A stretch of 64,000 nucleotides of DNA, taken from assembly GCF_009914755.1 (NCBI RefSeq), contig NC_060933.1. One strand, 5' to 3'. The notes below the pieces were generated by a model that was given only the letters and a program-made list of their open reading frames with translations, was not told where the DNA came from and ran no database searches. The position numbers and the translations under genes are program-made. Numbering within the stretch: position 1 is the stretch's first letter; every line of letters begins with the position of its first letter. This stretch comes from the human T2T-CHM13v2.0 reference genome, Homo sapiens. Below, in pieces: positions 1-14,500 of the stretch.

Positions 1-3000
1 CCCCTGTACTCGGGTTGACTCCATTCCATTCCATTCCAATCCATGCCACTCCACTCGTGTTGATTCCATTCTTTCCATTCCATTCAAGTTGAATCCATTC
101 CATTGCATTCCATTCCATTCCATTCCCCTGCAGTCTGGTTGATTCCATTCCATTCCATTCCATTCCATTCCATTCCATTCCATTCCGTTCCGTTCCGTTC
201 CATTCAATTCCATTCCATTCTATTCGGGTTAATTCCATTCCATTCCATTCCATTCCATTCCATTCCATTCCATTCCATTCCAATCGAGTTGATTCCATTC
301 CATTCCATTCCATTCCATTCCACTCCATTCCAGTCCTTTCCATTCCATTCCACTCGGGTTGATTCCAATGTATTCATTTCCATTCCATTCCATTCCATTG
401 CAATCGAGTTGATTCCATTGCTTTGCATTCCATTCCATTCCATTCCATTCCGGATGACTCCATTCCATTGCATTCCATTCCATTGCATTCCCCTGCACTC
501 GGGTTGATTCCATTCCATTCCACTCCATTCCGTTGCATTCCATTCCATTCCATTGTATTCGGGTTAATTCCATTCCATTCCATTCCATTCCATTCCATTC
601 CATTCCATTACAATCGAGTTGATTCCATTCCATTCCATTCCATTCCATTCCAGTCCTTTCCATTCCATTCCACTCGGGTTGATTCCATTCTATTAGTTTC
701 CATTCCATTCCGTTCCCTTCCATTCCACTCTGGTTGATTCCATTCCTTTCCATTCCACTCGAATACATTCCCTCCTATTCCACTCGGAACGATTCCATTC
801 CATTCCATTCCATTCCATTCCATTCCATTCCATTCCATTCCATTTCGTTCCATTACATTCTATTCCGTATCATTCCATTCCATTCCATTCCATTCCATTC
901 CATTCCATTCCATTCCACTCGTGTTGATTCCATTCCTTTCCATTCCATTCGGTTTAAAGGCATTCCATTCCATTCCATTCCATTCCATTCCATTCCATTC
1001 CATTCCATTGTACTCGGGTTGATTCCATTCCATTGCATTCCATCCCATTCCATTGCATTCCAATCCGTTGCATTCCATTCCATTACATTCGGATTGATTC
1101 TATTCAACTCCCTTACTCTCCATTACATTCCATTCCATTCGGGTTGTTCCATTCCATTCCATTCAATTCCACTCCATTCCATTGCACTCGGGTTGATTCC
1201 ATTCCTTTCCATTCCATTCCATTCCATTCCGGATGATTCCATTCCATTGCATTCCGTTCCATTACATTCCCCTGCACTCGCGTTGATTCCATTCCATTCC
1301 ATTCCATTCCATTCCATTCCATTCCATTCCATTCCTTTACAATTCGTTCCATTCCATTCTATTCCGTACCATTCCATTCCATTCCATACCATTCCATTCT
1401 ATTCCATTCCATTCCATTCCAATTCGTTCCATTACGTTCCATTCCATTCCATTCCATTCTATTCGGGTTAATTCCATTCCATTCCATTATATTCCATTCC
1501 ATTCCATTCCAATCTATTCCATTCGATTGCAATCGAGTTGAATCCATTGCATTTCATTCCATTCCATTCCATTCCATTCCATTGCAATCGAGTTGAATCC
1601 ATTGCATTTCATTCCATTCCATTCCATTCCATTCCATTCCGGAAGATTCCATTCCATTGCATTCCATTCCATTCCATTCCCCTGCACTCGCGTTGATTCC
1701 ATTCCATTCCATTCCATTCCATTCCATTCCGTTCCGTTCCGTTCCGTTCCATTTCATTCCATTCCATTCCGTTCCGTTCCATTCCATTCCATTCCATTCT
1801 ATTCCGGTTAATTCCATTCCATTCCATTCGATTGCAATCGAGTTGATTCCATTCCATTCCATTCCATTCCATTCCATTCCATTCCATTCCATTCCATTCC
1901 AATCGAGTTGATTCCATTCCATTCCATTCCATTCCATTCCACTCCATTCCAGTCCTTTCCATTCCATTCCACTCGGGTTGATTCCATTCTATTCCTTTCC
2001 ATTCCATTCCATTCCATTGCAATCGAGTTGATTCCATTGCTTTGCATTCCATTCCATTCCATTCCATTCCGGATGATTCCATTCCATTGCATTCCATTCC
2101 ATTCCATTTCCCTGCACTCGGGTTGATTCCATTCCATTCCACTCCATTCCCTTCCATTCCATTCCATTCCATTGTATTCGGGTTAATTCCATTCCATGCC
2201 ATTTCATTCCATTCCATTCCATTCCATTCCATTCTATTACAATCGAGTTGATTCCATTCCATTCCATTCCATTCCATTCCAGTCCTTTCCATTCCATTCC
2301 ACTCGGGTTGATTCCATTCTATTAGTTTCCATTCAATTCCATTCCCTTCCATTCCACTCTGGTTGATTCCATTCCTTTCCATTCCACTCGAATACATTCC
2401 CTCCTATTCCACTTGGAACGATTCCATTCCATTCCATTCCATTCCATTCCATTCCATTCCATTCCATTCCATTTCCCTCCATTCCATTCTATTCCGTACC
2501 ATTCCATTCCATTCCATTCCTTTCCATTCCATTCCATTCCATTCCACTCTTGTTGATTCAATTCCTTTCCATTCCATTCGGTTTGAAGGCATTCCATCCC
2601 ATTCAATTCCATTCCATTCCATTCCATTCCATTCCATTCCATTCCATTCCATTCCATTGTACTCGGGTTGATTCCATTCCATTGCATTCCATTCCATTCC
2701 ATTCCATTCCATTCCGTTGCATTCAATTCCATTACATTCGGACTGATTCTATTCAACTCTCTTACTCTCCATTCCATTCCATTCCATTCGAGTTGTTCCA
2801 TTCCATTCCATTCCATTCCACTCCATTCCATTGCACTCGTGTTGATTCCATTCCATTCCATTCCATACCATTCCATTCCATTCCATTCCATTCCATTCCG
2901 TTCCATTCCGTTCCATTCCATTCCATTCCATTCTATTCGGGTTAATTCCATTCCATTCCATTCTATTCCATTCCATTGCAATCGAGTTGAATCCATTGCA

Positions 3001-3990
3001 TTTCATGCCATTCCATTCCATTCCATTCCATTCCGGAAGATTCCATTCCATTGCATTCCATTCCATTCCATTCCCCTGCACTCGCGTTGATTCCATTCCA
3101 TTCCATTCCATTCCATTCCATTCCATTCCATTCCATTCCGTTCCGTTCCGTTCCGTTCCGTTCCGTTCCAATCCATTCTATTCCATTCCATTCCATTCCA
3201 TTCCTTTCCGTTCCATTCCATTCCATTCCATTCCATTCTATTTGGGTTAATTCCATTCCATTCCATTCGATTGCAATCGAGTTGATTCCATTCCATTCCA
3301 TTCCATTCCATTCCATTCCATTCCATTACGGATGATTCCATTCCATTGCATTCCATTCCATTCCATTCCCCTGTACTCGGGTTGATTCCATTCCATTCCA
3401 TTCCAATCTATGCCATTCCACTCGTATTGATTCCATTCTTTCCATTCCATTCAAGTTGAATCCATTCCATTGCATTCTATTCCATTCGATTCCATTCGAT
3501 TGCACTCGGGTTGATTCCATTCCATTGTATTCCATTCCATTCCATTCCATTCCATTCCATTCCATTCCATTACATTCGGATTGATTCTATTCAATTCCCT
3601 TACACTCCATTACATTACATTCCATTCGGGTAGTTTCCATTCCATTCCTCTCCATTCCATTGCACTCGGGTTGATTCCATTCCATTGCATTCCATTCCAT
3701 ACCATTCAATTCCATTCCGTTCCATTCCATTCCATTACATTCGGATTGATTCTATTCAACTCCCATACTCTCCATTACATTCGATTCTATTCGGGTTGTT
3801 CCATTCCCTTCCCTTCCATTCCATTCCACTCCATTCCATTGCACTCGGGTTGATTCCATTCCATTCCATTCCATTCCAGAAGATTCCATTCCATTGCATT
3901 CCATTACATTCCATTCCCCTGCACTCGCGTTGATTCCATTCCATTCCATTCCATTGCATTCCATTGCATTCCATTGCATTCCATTCCCCT
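1..3990 (+). repeat. HSat3 dialect A domain (left)
   Basis: Contains A-type motifs: caagttgaatcc (85, 3452), cgaatacattccctcctattcc (~760, ~2389), ccggaagattcc (~1639, ~3033), gctttgcatt, caactcccttactctcc. Right boundary approximate. Confidence 0.7.
1636..1650. promoter_or_regulatory. Putative heat-shock element (aTTCc gGAAg aTTCc), representative copy
   Basis: Three alternating nTTCn/nGAAn/nTTCn pentamers match the canonical HSF-binding consensus. The motif recurs in dialect A. Function is not shown. Confidence 0.4.
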
Positions 3991-4279
3991 GCACTCAGGT
4001 TGATTCCATTCCATTCCATTCCATTCCATTCCATTCCATTCCATTCTATTCGCGTTAATTCCATTCCACTCCATTCCATTACATTCCATTGCAATCGACT
4101 TGATTCCATTCCATTCCATTCCATTCCATTCAAGTCCTTTCCATTCCATTCCACTCGTGTTGATTCCATTTTATTAGTTTCCATTCCATTCCATTCCCTT
4201 CCATTCCACTCTGGTTGATTCCATTCCTTTCCATTCCACTCGAATTCATTCCCTTCTATTCCACTCGGAATGATTCCAT

Positions 4280-5810
4280 TCCATTCCGTTCCATTCCATT
4301 CCATTCCATTCCATTTCGTTCCATTCCATTTTATTCCGTACCATTCCATTCCATTCCATTACATTCCATTACATTCCATTCCATTCCATTCCATGCCATT
4401 CCACTCGGGTTGATTCCATTGCTTTCCATTCCATTTGGGTTGAATCCATTCCATTCCATTCCATTCCATTCCATTCCATTCCATTCCATTCAATTGCACT
4501 AGGTTTGATTCCATTCCACTGCATTCCATTCCATTCCATTCCATTCCATTCCATTCCATTCCCCTGCACTCGGGTTCATTCCATTCCATTCCATTTACTT
4601 CCATTCCATTCCATTCCATTCCATTCCATTCCATGCCATTCCACTCGCGTTGATTCCATTCCCTTCCATTCCATTAGAGTTGAATCCATTCCATTCCATT
4701 CCATTCCATTCCATTCCATTCCATTCCATTGCACACGGGTTCATTCCATTCCATTCCATTCCATTCCCTAACATTCCATTTCGTTACATTCCATTCTATT
4801 CCGTACCATTCCATTCCATTCCATTCCATTCCATTCCACTCCATTCCATGCCATTCCACTCGGGTATATTCCATTCCTTTTAATTCCATTCGGGTTGAAT
4901 GCATTCCATTCCATTCCATTCCATTCTATTCCATTACATTGCACTCGGGTTGATTCCATTCCATTCCATTCCATTCCATTTCATTCAATTCCATTCCATT
5001 CCATGCCATTCCACTCGTGTTGATTCCATTCCTTTCCATTCCATTCCATTCCGTTCCATTCCATTCCATTTCGTTCCATTCCATTTTATTCCGTACCATT
5101 CCATTCCATTCCATTACATTCCATTACATTCCATTCCATTCCATTCCATGCCATTCCACTCGGGTTGATTCCATTGCTTTCCATTCCATTTGGGTTGAAT
5201 CCATTCCATTCCATTCCATTCCATTCCATTCCATTCCATTCAATTGCACTAGGTTTGATTCCATTCCACTGCATTCCATTCCATTCCATTCCATTCCATT
5301 CCATTCCATTCCCCTGCACTCGGGTTCATTCCATTCCATTCCATTTACTTCCATTCCATTCCATTCCATTCCATTCCATTCCATGCCATTCCACTCGCGT
5401 TGATTCCATTCCCTTCCATTCCATTAGAGTTGAATCCATTCCATTCCATTCCATTCCATTCCATTCCATTCCATTGCACACGGGTTCATTCCATTCCATT
5501 CCATTCCATTCCCTTACATTCCATTTCGTTACATTCCATTCTATTCCGTACCATTCCATTCCATTCCATTCCATTCCATTCCACTCCATTCCATGCCATT
5601 CCACTCGGGTATATTCCATTCCTTTTAATTCCATTCGGGTTGAATGCATTCCATTCCATTCCATTCCATTCTATTCCATTGCATTGCACTCGGGTTGATT
5701 CCATTCCATTCCATTCCATTACATTTCATTCCATTCCATTCCATTCCATTTCATTCAATTCCATTCCATTCCATGCCATTCCACTCGTGTTGATTCCATT
5801 CCTTTCCATT
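4280..5810 (+). repeat. Tandem duplication, two copies of ~750 bp
   Basis: Shared variants at a near-constant offset: ttattccgta 4331/5086, caattgcactagg 4491/5241, ccatttactt 4591/5341, ccattagagt 4671/5421, cgggtatatt 4861/5606. Confidence 0.85.
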
Positions 5811-5910
5811 CCATTACATTTCATTCCATTCCATTCCATTCCATTTCATTCAATTCCATTCCATTCCATGCCATTCCACTCGTGTTGATTCCATTCCTTT
5901 CCATTCCATT
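5721..5910 (+). repeat. Exact 95-bp (19-pentamer) tandem duplication
   Basis: 5721-5815 and 5816-5910 match pentamer for pentamer (acatt tcatt ... tcatt caatt ... ccatg ccatt ccact cgtgt tgatt ccatt ccttt ccatt ccatt). Confidence 0.85.
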
Positions 5911-8900
5911 CGAGTTGAACCCATTCCATTCCATTCCATTCCATTCCATTCCATTCCGTTCCATTCCATTGCACGCGGGTTCATTCCATTCCATTCCGAT
6001 GCATTCCATTCCATTCCATTCCATTCCATTCCATTACATTCCATTTCGTTCCATTCCATTCTATTCCGTACGATTCCATTGCATTCCATTCCATTCCATT
6101 CCTTTCCATTGCATTGAAATCGAGTTGATTCCATTCCATTCTGTTCCATTCCATTCCATTCCATTCCATTCCGGATGATTCCATTCCACTGCATTCCATT
6201 CCATTAAATTCCCCTGCACTTGGGGTGATTCCTTTCCATTCTATTCCATTCCATTCCATTCCATTCCATTCCATTCCATTCCATTCCATTTCATTGCAAT
6301 CGAGTTGATTCCATTGCATTCCATTCCATTCCATTCGAGTCCTTTCCATTCCATTCCACTCGGGTTGATTCCATTCTATTCCTTTCCATTCCATTCGATT
6401 CCATTCCATTCCACTCTGGTTGATACCATTCCTTTTCATTCCACTCGAAAACATTCCCTTCTATTCCACTCGGAATGATTCCATTCCATTCCCTTCCATT
6501 CCATTCCATTCCATTCCATTCCGTTTCGTTCCATTACATTCTATTCCGTACCATTCCACTCCATTCCATTCCATTCCATTCCATGCCATTCCTCTCGGGT
6601 TGATTCCATTCCTTTCCATTCCATTCGGGTTGAATCCATTCCATTCCATTCCTTTCCATTCCATTCCATTCCATTGCACTCGGGTTGATTCCATTGCATT
6701 CCATTCCGTTCCATTCCGGATGACTCCATTCCATTGCATTCCATTCCATTCCCCTGCACTTGGTTTCATTACATTCCATTCCATTCACTTCCATTCCATT
6801 CCATTACATTCCATTCCATTCCATTTCAATCGAGTTGATTCCATTCCATTCCATTCCATTCCATTCAATTCCGAATGATTTCATTCCATTGCCTTCCATT
6901 CCATTCCATTCCTCTGCACTCGGGTTGATTTCATTCCATTCCATTCCATTCCATTCCATTCCATTCCATTCCATTCCATTCCATTCCATTTCGTTCCATT
7001 CCATTCTATTCCGTACTATTCCATTCGATTCCATTCCATTCCATTCCATTCCATTCCATTTCCTTCCATTCCATTCCATTCCATTCCATTCCATTCTATT
7101 AGGGTTAATTCCATTCCATTCCATTCCATTCCATTCCATTCCATTCCATGCCATTCCACTCGGGTTGATTCCATTCCTTTCCATTCCATTCGAGTTGAAT
7201 CCATTCCATTCCATTCTATTCCATTCCATTCCATTCCATTCCATTCCATTCCATTATATTCGGGTTAATTTCATTCCATTCCATTCCATTCCCTTCCATT
7301 GCATTCCATTCCATTCCATTCCATTCCATTGAAATCGAGTTGATTCCATTCCATTCCATTCCATTCCATTCCATTCCATTCCATTCCATTCCATTCCATT
7401 CTATTCGGGTTAATTCCATTCCATTCCATTCCATTCCCTTCCATTCCATTCTATTCCATTCCATTCCATTCCATTCCATTCTATTAGGGTTAATTCCATT
7501 CCATTCCATTCCATTCCATTCCATCCCATTCCATTCCATTCCATTGCAATCGAGTTGATTCCATTCCATTCCATTCCATTCCATTCCATTCAATTCCATT
7601 GAACTCGGGTTAATTCCATTCCATTCCATTCCATTCCATTCCCTTCCATTCCATTCTTTTCCATTCCATTGCATTCCATTCCATTCTATTAGGGTTAATT
7701 CCATTCCATTCCATTCCATTCCATTCCATCCCATTCCATTCCATTCCATTGCAATCGAGTTGATTCCATTCCATTCCATTCCATTCCATTCCATTCCATT
7801 CCATTCCATTCCATTCAATTCCATTGAACTCGGGTTGATTCCATTCCATTCCATGCCATTCCATTTCATTCCATTCCATTCCATTCCATTCCATTCCTTT
7901 CCGTTCCATTCCATTACATTCGGATTGATTATATTCAATTCCCTTACACTCCATTACATTCTATTCCATTCGTGTTGTTTCCATTCTATTCCATTCCATT
8001 CCACTCCATTCCATTGCACTCTGGTTGATTCCATTCCATTCCCTTCCATTCCGTATGACTCCATTCCATTTCATTCCATTCCATTGCATTCCCCTGCACT
8101 GGAGTTGATTACATTCCATTCCATTCCCTTCCTTTCCGTTCCATTCCATTCTATTCGGGTTAATTCCATTCCATTCCATTACATTCCATTCCCTTCCATT
8201 GAATTCCATTCCATTCCATTCCATTCCATTCGATTCTATCCGGGTTAATTCCATTCCATTCCATTCCATTCCATTCCATTCCATTGCAATCGAGTTGATT
8301 CCATTCCATTCCATTCCATTCCATTCCATTCCATTCCATTCCATTCCATTCCGGATGATTCCATTCCATTGCCTTCCATTCCATTCCATTACCATGCACT
8401 CGGGTTGTTTCCATTCCATTCCATTCCATTCCATTCCATTCCATTTCGTTCCATTCGATTCTATTCCGTACCATTCAATTCCATTCCATTCCATGCCATT
8501 CCATTCCATTCCAGTCCATGCCATTCCACTCGGGTTGATTTCATTCCTTTCCATTCCATTCGAGTTGTATCCTTTGCATTCCATTCCATTCCATTCGATT
8601 CCATTCCATTGCACACGGGTTCATTCCATTCCATTCCATTCCATTCCATTCCATTCCATTCCATTCCATTTCGTTCCATTCCATTCTATTCCGTACCATT
8701 CCATTCCATTCCATTCCATTCCAGTCCATTCCATGCCATTCCACTCGGGTTGATTCCATTCCTTTCCATTCCATTTGGGTTGAATCCATTCCATTCCATT
8801 CCATTCCATTCGATTCCATTACATTACACTTGGGTTCATTCCATTCCATTCCATTCCATTCCATTTCATTCCATTCCATTCCATTCCATTCCATTCCATT

Positions 8901-11569
8901 CCATTCCATTCCATTCCATTCCATACCATTCCATTCCATTCCATTCCATGCCATTCCACTCGGGTTGATTCCATTCCTTTCCATTCCTTTCGAGTTGAAC
9001 CCATTCCATTCCATTCCATTCCATTCCATTGCACACGGGTTCATTCCATTCCATTCCATTCCATTCCATTTCGTTTTTTTCCATTCTATTCCGTACCATT
9101 CCATTCCATTCCATTCCATTCCATGCCATTCCACTCGGGTTTATTCCATTCCTTTCCATTCCATTCGGGTTCAATCCATTCCATTCCATTCCATTCCATT
9201 CCATTCCATTCCATTGCACTCGGGTTGATTCCATTCCATTCCATGCCATTCCATTTCATTCCATTCCATTCCATTCCATTCCATTCCATTCTATTCCGTT
9301 CCATTCCATTCAATTACATTCGTATTGATTCTTTTTAATTCCCTTACACTCCATTACATTCCATTCCATTCGGGTACTTTCCATTCCATTCCATTCCATT
9401 CCACTGCATTCTATTGCACTCGGGTTGATTGATTCCATTCCATTGCATTCCATTCCATTCCATTCCCCTGAACTCGGGTGGATTCCATTCCATTCCATTC
9501 CATTCCATTCCGTTCCATTCCATTCCATTCCATTCTGTTCAGGTTAATTCCATTCCATTCCATTCCCTTCCATTCCATTCCATTCTATTCCATTCCATTC
9601 CATTCCATTCCCCTGCACTCAGTTTGATTCCATTCCATTCCATTCCATTCCATTCCGTTCCATTCCATTCCAATCCATTCTATTCGCATTAATTCCATTC
9701 AATTCCATTCCATTACAATCCATTGCAATCGAGTTGATTCCATTCCATTCCATTCAAGTCCTTTCCATTCCATTCCACTCGTGTTGATTCCATTTTATTA
9801 GTTTCCATTCCATTCCATTCCCTTCCATTCCACTCTGGTTGATTCCATTCCTTTCCATTCTACTCGAATGCATTCCCTTCTATTCCACTCTGATTGATTC
9901 CATTCCATTCTGTTCCATTCCATTCCATTTCGTTCCATTCCATTCTATTCCATTCCATTCCATTCCATTCCTTTCCATTCCACTCCGTTCCATTCCATTC
10001 CATTCCATTCCATTTCTTTCCATTCCATTCTATTCCATACCATTCCATTCCATTCCGTTCCATGCCATTCCACTCGGGTTGATTCCATTGCTTTCCATTC
10101 CATTTGGGTTGAATCCATTCCATTCCATTCCATTCCATTCCATTCCATTCCATTCCATTCCATTCCATTGCATTCCATTCCATTGCACTAGGATTGATTC
10201 CATTCCACTGCATTCCATTCCATTCCATTCCATTCCATTCCGTTCCATTCCATTCCATTACATTCGTATTGATTGTATTCAATTCCCTTACACTCCATTA
10301 CATTCCATTCCATTCGGGTTGTTTCCATTCCATTCCATTCCATTCCACTCCATTCCATTGCAGTCGGGTTGATTCCATTCCATTCCATTCCATTCCCTTC
10401 CATTCCATTTCGTTCCATTCCATTCTATTCCATACCATTCCATTCCATTCCATTCCATTCCATTCCATTCCATTCCATGCCATTCCACTCGGGTTGATTC
10501 CATTCCATTCCATTCCATTCGGGTTGAAACCATTCCATTCCATTCCATTCCATTCCATTCCATTCCGGATGATTGCATTCCATTGCCTTCCATTCAATTG
10601 CATTCCCCTGCACCCGGGTTGATTCCATTCAATTCCATTCCATTCCATTCCGTTCCATTCCATTCCATACCATTCCATTCCATTCCATTCCAATCTATTC
10701 GGGTTAATTCCATTCCATTCCATTCCATTCCATTCAATTTCATTGCAATCGGGTTGATTCCAATCCGTTCCATTCCATTGCATTCCATTCCATTCCATTC
10801 CATTCCATTCCATTCCATTCCATTCCACTCGGGTTGATTCCATTCCTTTCCATTCCATTCGGGGTGAAGCCTTTCCATTCCATTCCATTCCTTTCGATTC
10901 CATTCCATTGCACTCGGGTTGATCCCATTCCATTGCATTCCATTCCATTCCATTACATTCCTTTCCATTCCATTCCGTTCCATTCAATTCCATTACATTC
11001 GGATTGATTCTATTCAATTCCCTTACACTCCATCACATTCCATTCCATTCGGGTTGTTTCCATTCCATTCCATTCCATTCCATTCCATTCCATTCCATTC
11101 CATTCCGTATGATTCCATTCCATTGCATTCTATTCCATTCCATTCCCCTGCAGTCGGGTGGATTCCATTCTATTCCATTCCATTCCATTCCATTCCATTC
11201 CATTCCATTCCATTCCATTGAAATCGAGTTGATTCCATTCCATTGCATTCCATTCCATTCCATTCCATTCCATTCTATTCGGGTTAATTCCATTCCATTC
11301 CATTCCATTCCATTCCATTCCATTCCATTCCATTCCGGATGATTCCATTCCATTGCATTCCATTCCATTCCATTCCCCTGCACTCAGATTGATTCCATTC
11401 CATCCCATTCCTTTCCATTCCATTCCATTCCATTCTATTCGCGTTAATTCCATTCCATTCCATTCCATTCCATTACATTCCATTGCAATCGAGTTGATTC
11501 CATTCCATTCCGTTCCATTCCATTCCATTCCATTCCATTTCGATCCATTCCATTCTATTCCGTACCATT

Positions 11570-14500
11570 CCATTCCATTCCATTCCATTCCATTCCATTC
11601 CATTCCATGCCATTCCACTCGGGTTGATTCTATTGCTTTCCATTCCATTTGGGTTGAATCCAATCCATTCCATTGCATTCCATTCCATTCCATTCCATTC
11701 CATTGCACTAGGTTTGATTCCATTCCACTGCATTCCATTCCATTCCATTCTGTTCCATTCCATTCCATTACATTCGGATTGATTGTATTCAATTCCTTAC
11801 ACTCCATTACATTCCATTCCATTCGGGTTGTTTCCATTCCGTTCCATTCCATTCCATTCCATTCCATTGCACTCAGGTTGATTGCATTCCATTCCATTCC
11901 ATTCCATTCCATTCCATTCCATTTCGTTCCATTCCATTCTATTCCGTACCATTCCATTCCATTCCATTCCATTCCATGCCATTCCACTCGGGTTTATTCC
12001 ATTCCTTTCCATTCCATTCGGGTTGAATCCATTCCATTCCATTCCGTTGCATTCCATTCCATTCCATTCTGTTCAGGTTAATTCCATTCCATTCCTTTCC
12101 CTTCCATTCCATTCCATTCCATTCCATTGCAATCGAGTTGTTTCCATTGCATTCCATTCCATTACATTCCATTGCATTCCATTCCATTCCATTCCCCTGC
12201 ACTCAGGTTGATTCCATTCGATTCCATTCCATTCCATTCCATTCCATTCCGTTCCATTCCATTCCATTCTATTCGCTTTAATTGCATTCCATTCCATTCC
12301 ATTGCATTCCATTGCAATCGAGTTGATTCCATTCCTTTCCGTTCCATTCCATTCCATTCCATTCCATTTCGTTCCATTCCATTCTATTCCGTACCATTCC
12401 ATTCCATTCCATTCCATTCCGTTCCATTCCATTCCATGCCATTCCACTCACGTTGATTCCATTGCTTTCCATTCCATTTGGGTTGAATCCATTCCATTCC
12501 ATTCCATTCCATTCCATTCCATTCCATTCCATTGCACTAGGTTTGATTCCATTCCACTGCATTCCATTCCATTCCATTCCATTCCGTTCCATTCCATTCC
12601 ATTACATTCGGATTGATTGTATTCAATTCCCTTACAGTCCATTTCATTCCATTCCATTCGGGTTGTTTCCATACCATTCCATTCCATTCTATTCCATTTC
12701 GTTCCATTCCATTCTATTCGGTACCATTCCATTCCATTCCATTCCATTCCATTCCATGCCATTCCACTTGGGTTGATTCCCTTCCTTTCCATTCCATTCG
12801 GGTTGAATCCTTTCCATTCCATTCCATTCCATTCCATTCCTTTCCATTCCATTGCACACGGGTTGATTCCATTCCATTCCTTTCTGTTCCATTCCGGATG
12901 ACTCAATTCCATTGCATTCCATTCCATTCCATTCCCCTGCCCTCGGGTTCATTACATTCCATTCCATTTACTTCCAATCCATTCCATTCCATTCAATTCC
13001 ATTCTATTCGGGTTAATTCCATTCCATTCCATTCCATTCCATTCCATTCCATTCCATTCCATTCCATTCCATTCCATTCCATTGCAATCGAGTTGATTCC
13101 ATTCCATTCCATTCAATTCCATATGATTCCATTCCATTGCCTTCAATTCCATTCCATTCCCCTGCACTCGGGTTGATTCCATTCCATTCCATTCCATTCC
13201 ATTCCATTTCATTCCATTCCATTTCGTTCCATTCCATTCTATTCCGTTCCATTCCATTCCATTCCATTCCATTCCATTCCATTCCATTCCATTCCTTTTC
13301 ATTCTATTCGGGTTAATTCCATTCCATTCCATTCCATTCCATTCCATTCCGTTCCATTCAATTCCATTACATTCGGATTGATTCTTTTTAATTCCCTTAC
13401 ACTCCATTACATTCTATTCCATTCGGGTAGTTTCCATACCATTCCATTCCATTCCACTGCATTCTATTGCACTCGGGTTGATTGATTGCATTCCATTCCA
13501 TTCCATTCCATTCCGGATGATTCCATTTCATTGCATTCCATTGCATTCCATTCCCCTGTACTCGGGTTGATCCCATTCCATTGCATTCCATTCCATTCCA
13601 TTCCGTTCCGTTCCATTCCATTCCCTTCCATTCTGTTCAGGTTAATTCCATTCCATTCCATTCCCTTCCCTTCCATTCCATTCCATTCCATTCCATTCCA
13701 TGCCATTCCACTCGGGTTGATTCCATTCCTTTCCATTCCATTCGAGTTGAACCCATTCCATTCCATTCCATTCCATTCCATTCCATTCCATTCCACTCGG
13801 GTTGATTCCATTCCTTTCCATTTCATTCGGGTTGAAACCATTCCATTCCATTCCATTCCTTTCGATTCCATTCCATTTCACTCGGGTTGATCCCATTCCA
13901 TTGCATTCCATTCCATTCCATTGCATTCCATTCCGTTCCATTCCATTCCATTACATTCGTATTGATTCTATTCAATTCCCTTACTCTCCATTACATTCCA
14001 TTCCATTCGGGTTGTTTCCATTCCATTCCATTCCATTCCACTCCATTCCATTGCAATCGGGTTGATTCCATTCCATTCCATTGCATTCCATTCCATTCCA
14101 TTCCATTCCGTATGATTCCATTCCATTGCATTCCATTCCATTCCATTCCCCTGCACTCGGGTGGATTCCATTCTATTCCATTCCATTCCATTCCATTCCA
14201 CTCCATTCCATTCCATTCTATTCGGGTTAATTTCATTCCATTCCATTCCATTCCCTTCCATTGCATTCCATTCCATTCCATTCCATTCCATTGAAATCGA
14301 GTTGATTCCATTCCATTCCATTCCATTCCATTCCATTCCATTCCATTCCATTCTATTCGGGTTAATTCCATTTCATTCCATTCCATTCCATTCCCTTCCA
14401 TTCCATTCTATTCCATTCCATTCCATTCCATTCCATTCTAGTAGGGTTAATTCCATTCCATTCCATTCCATTCCATTCCATTCCATTCCATTCCATTCCA

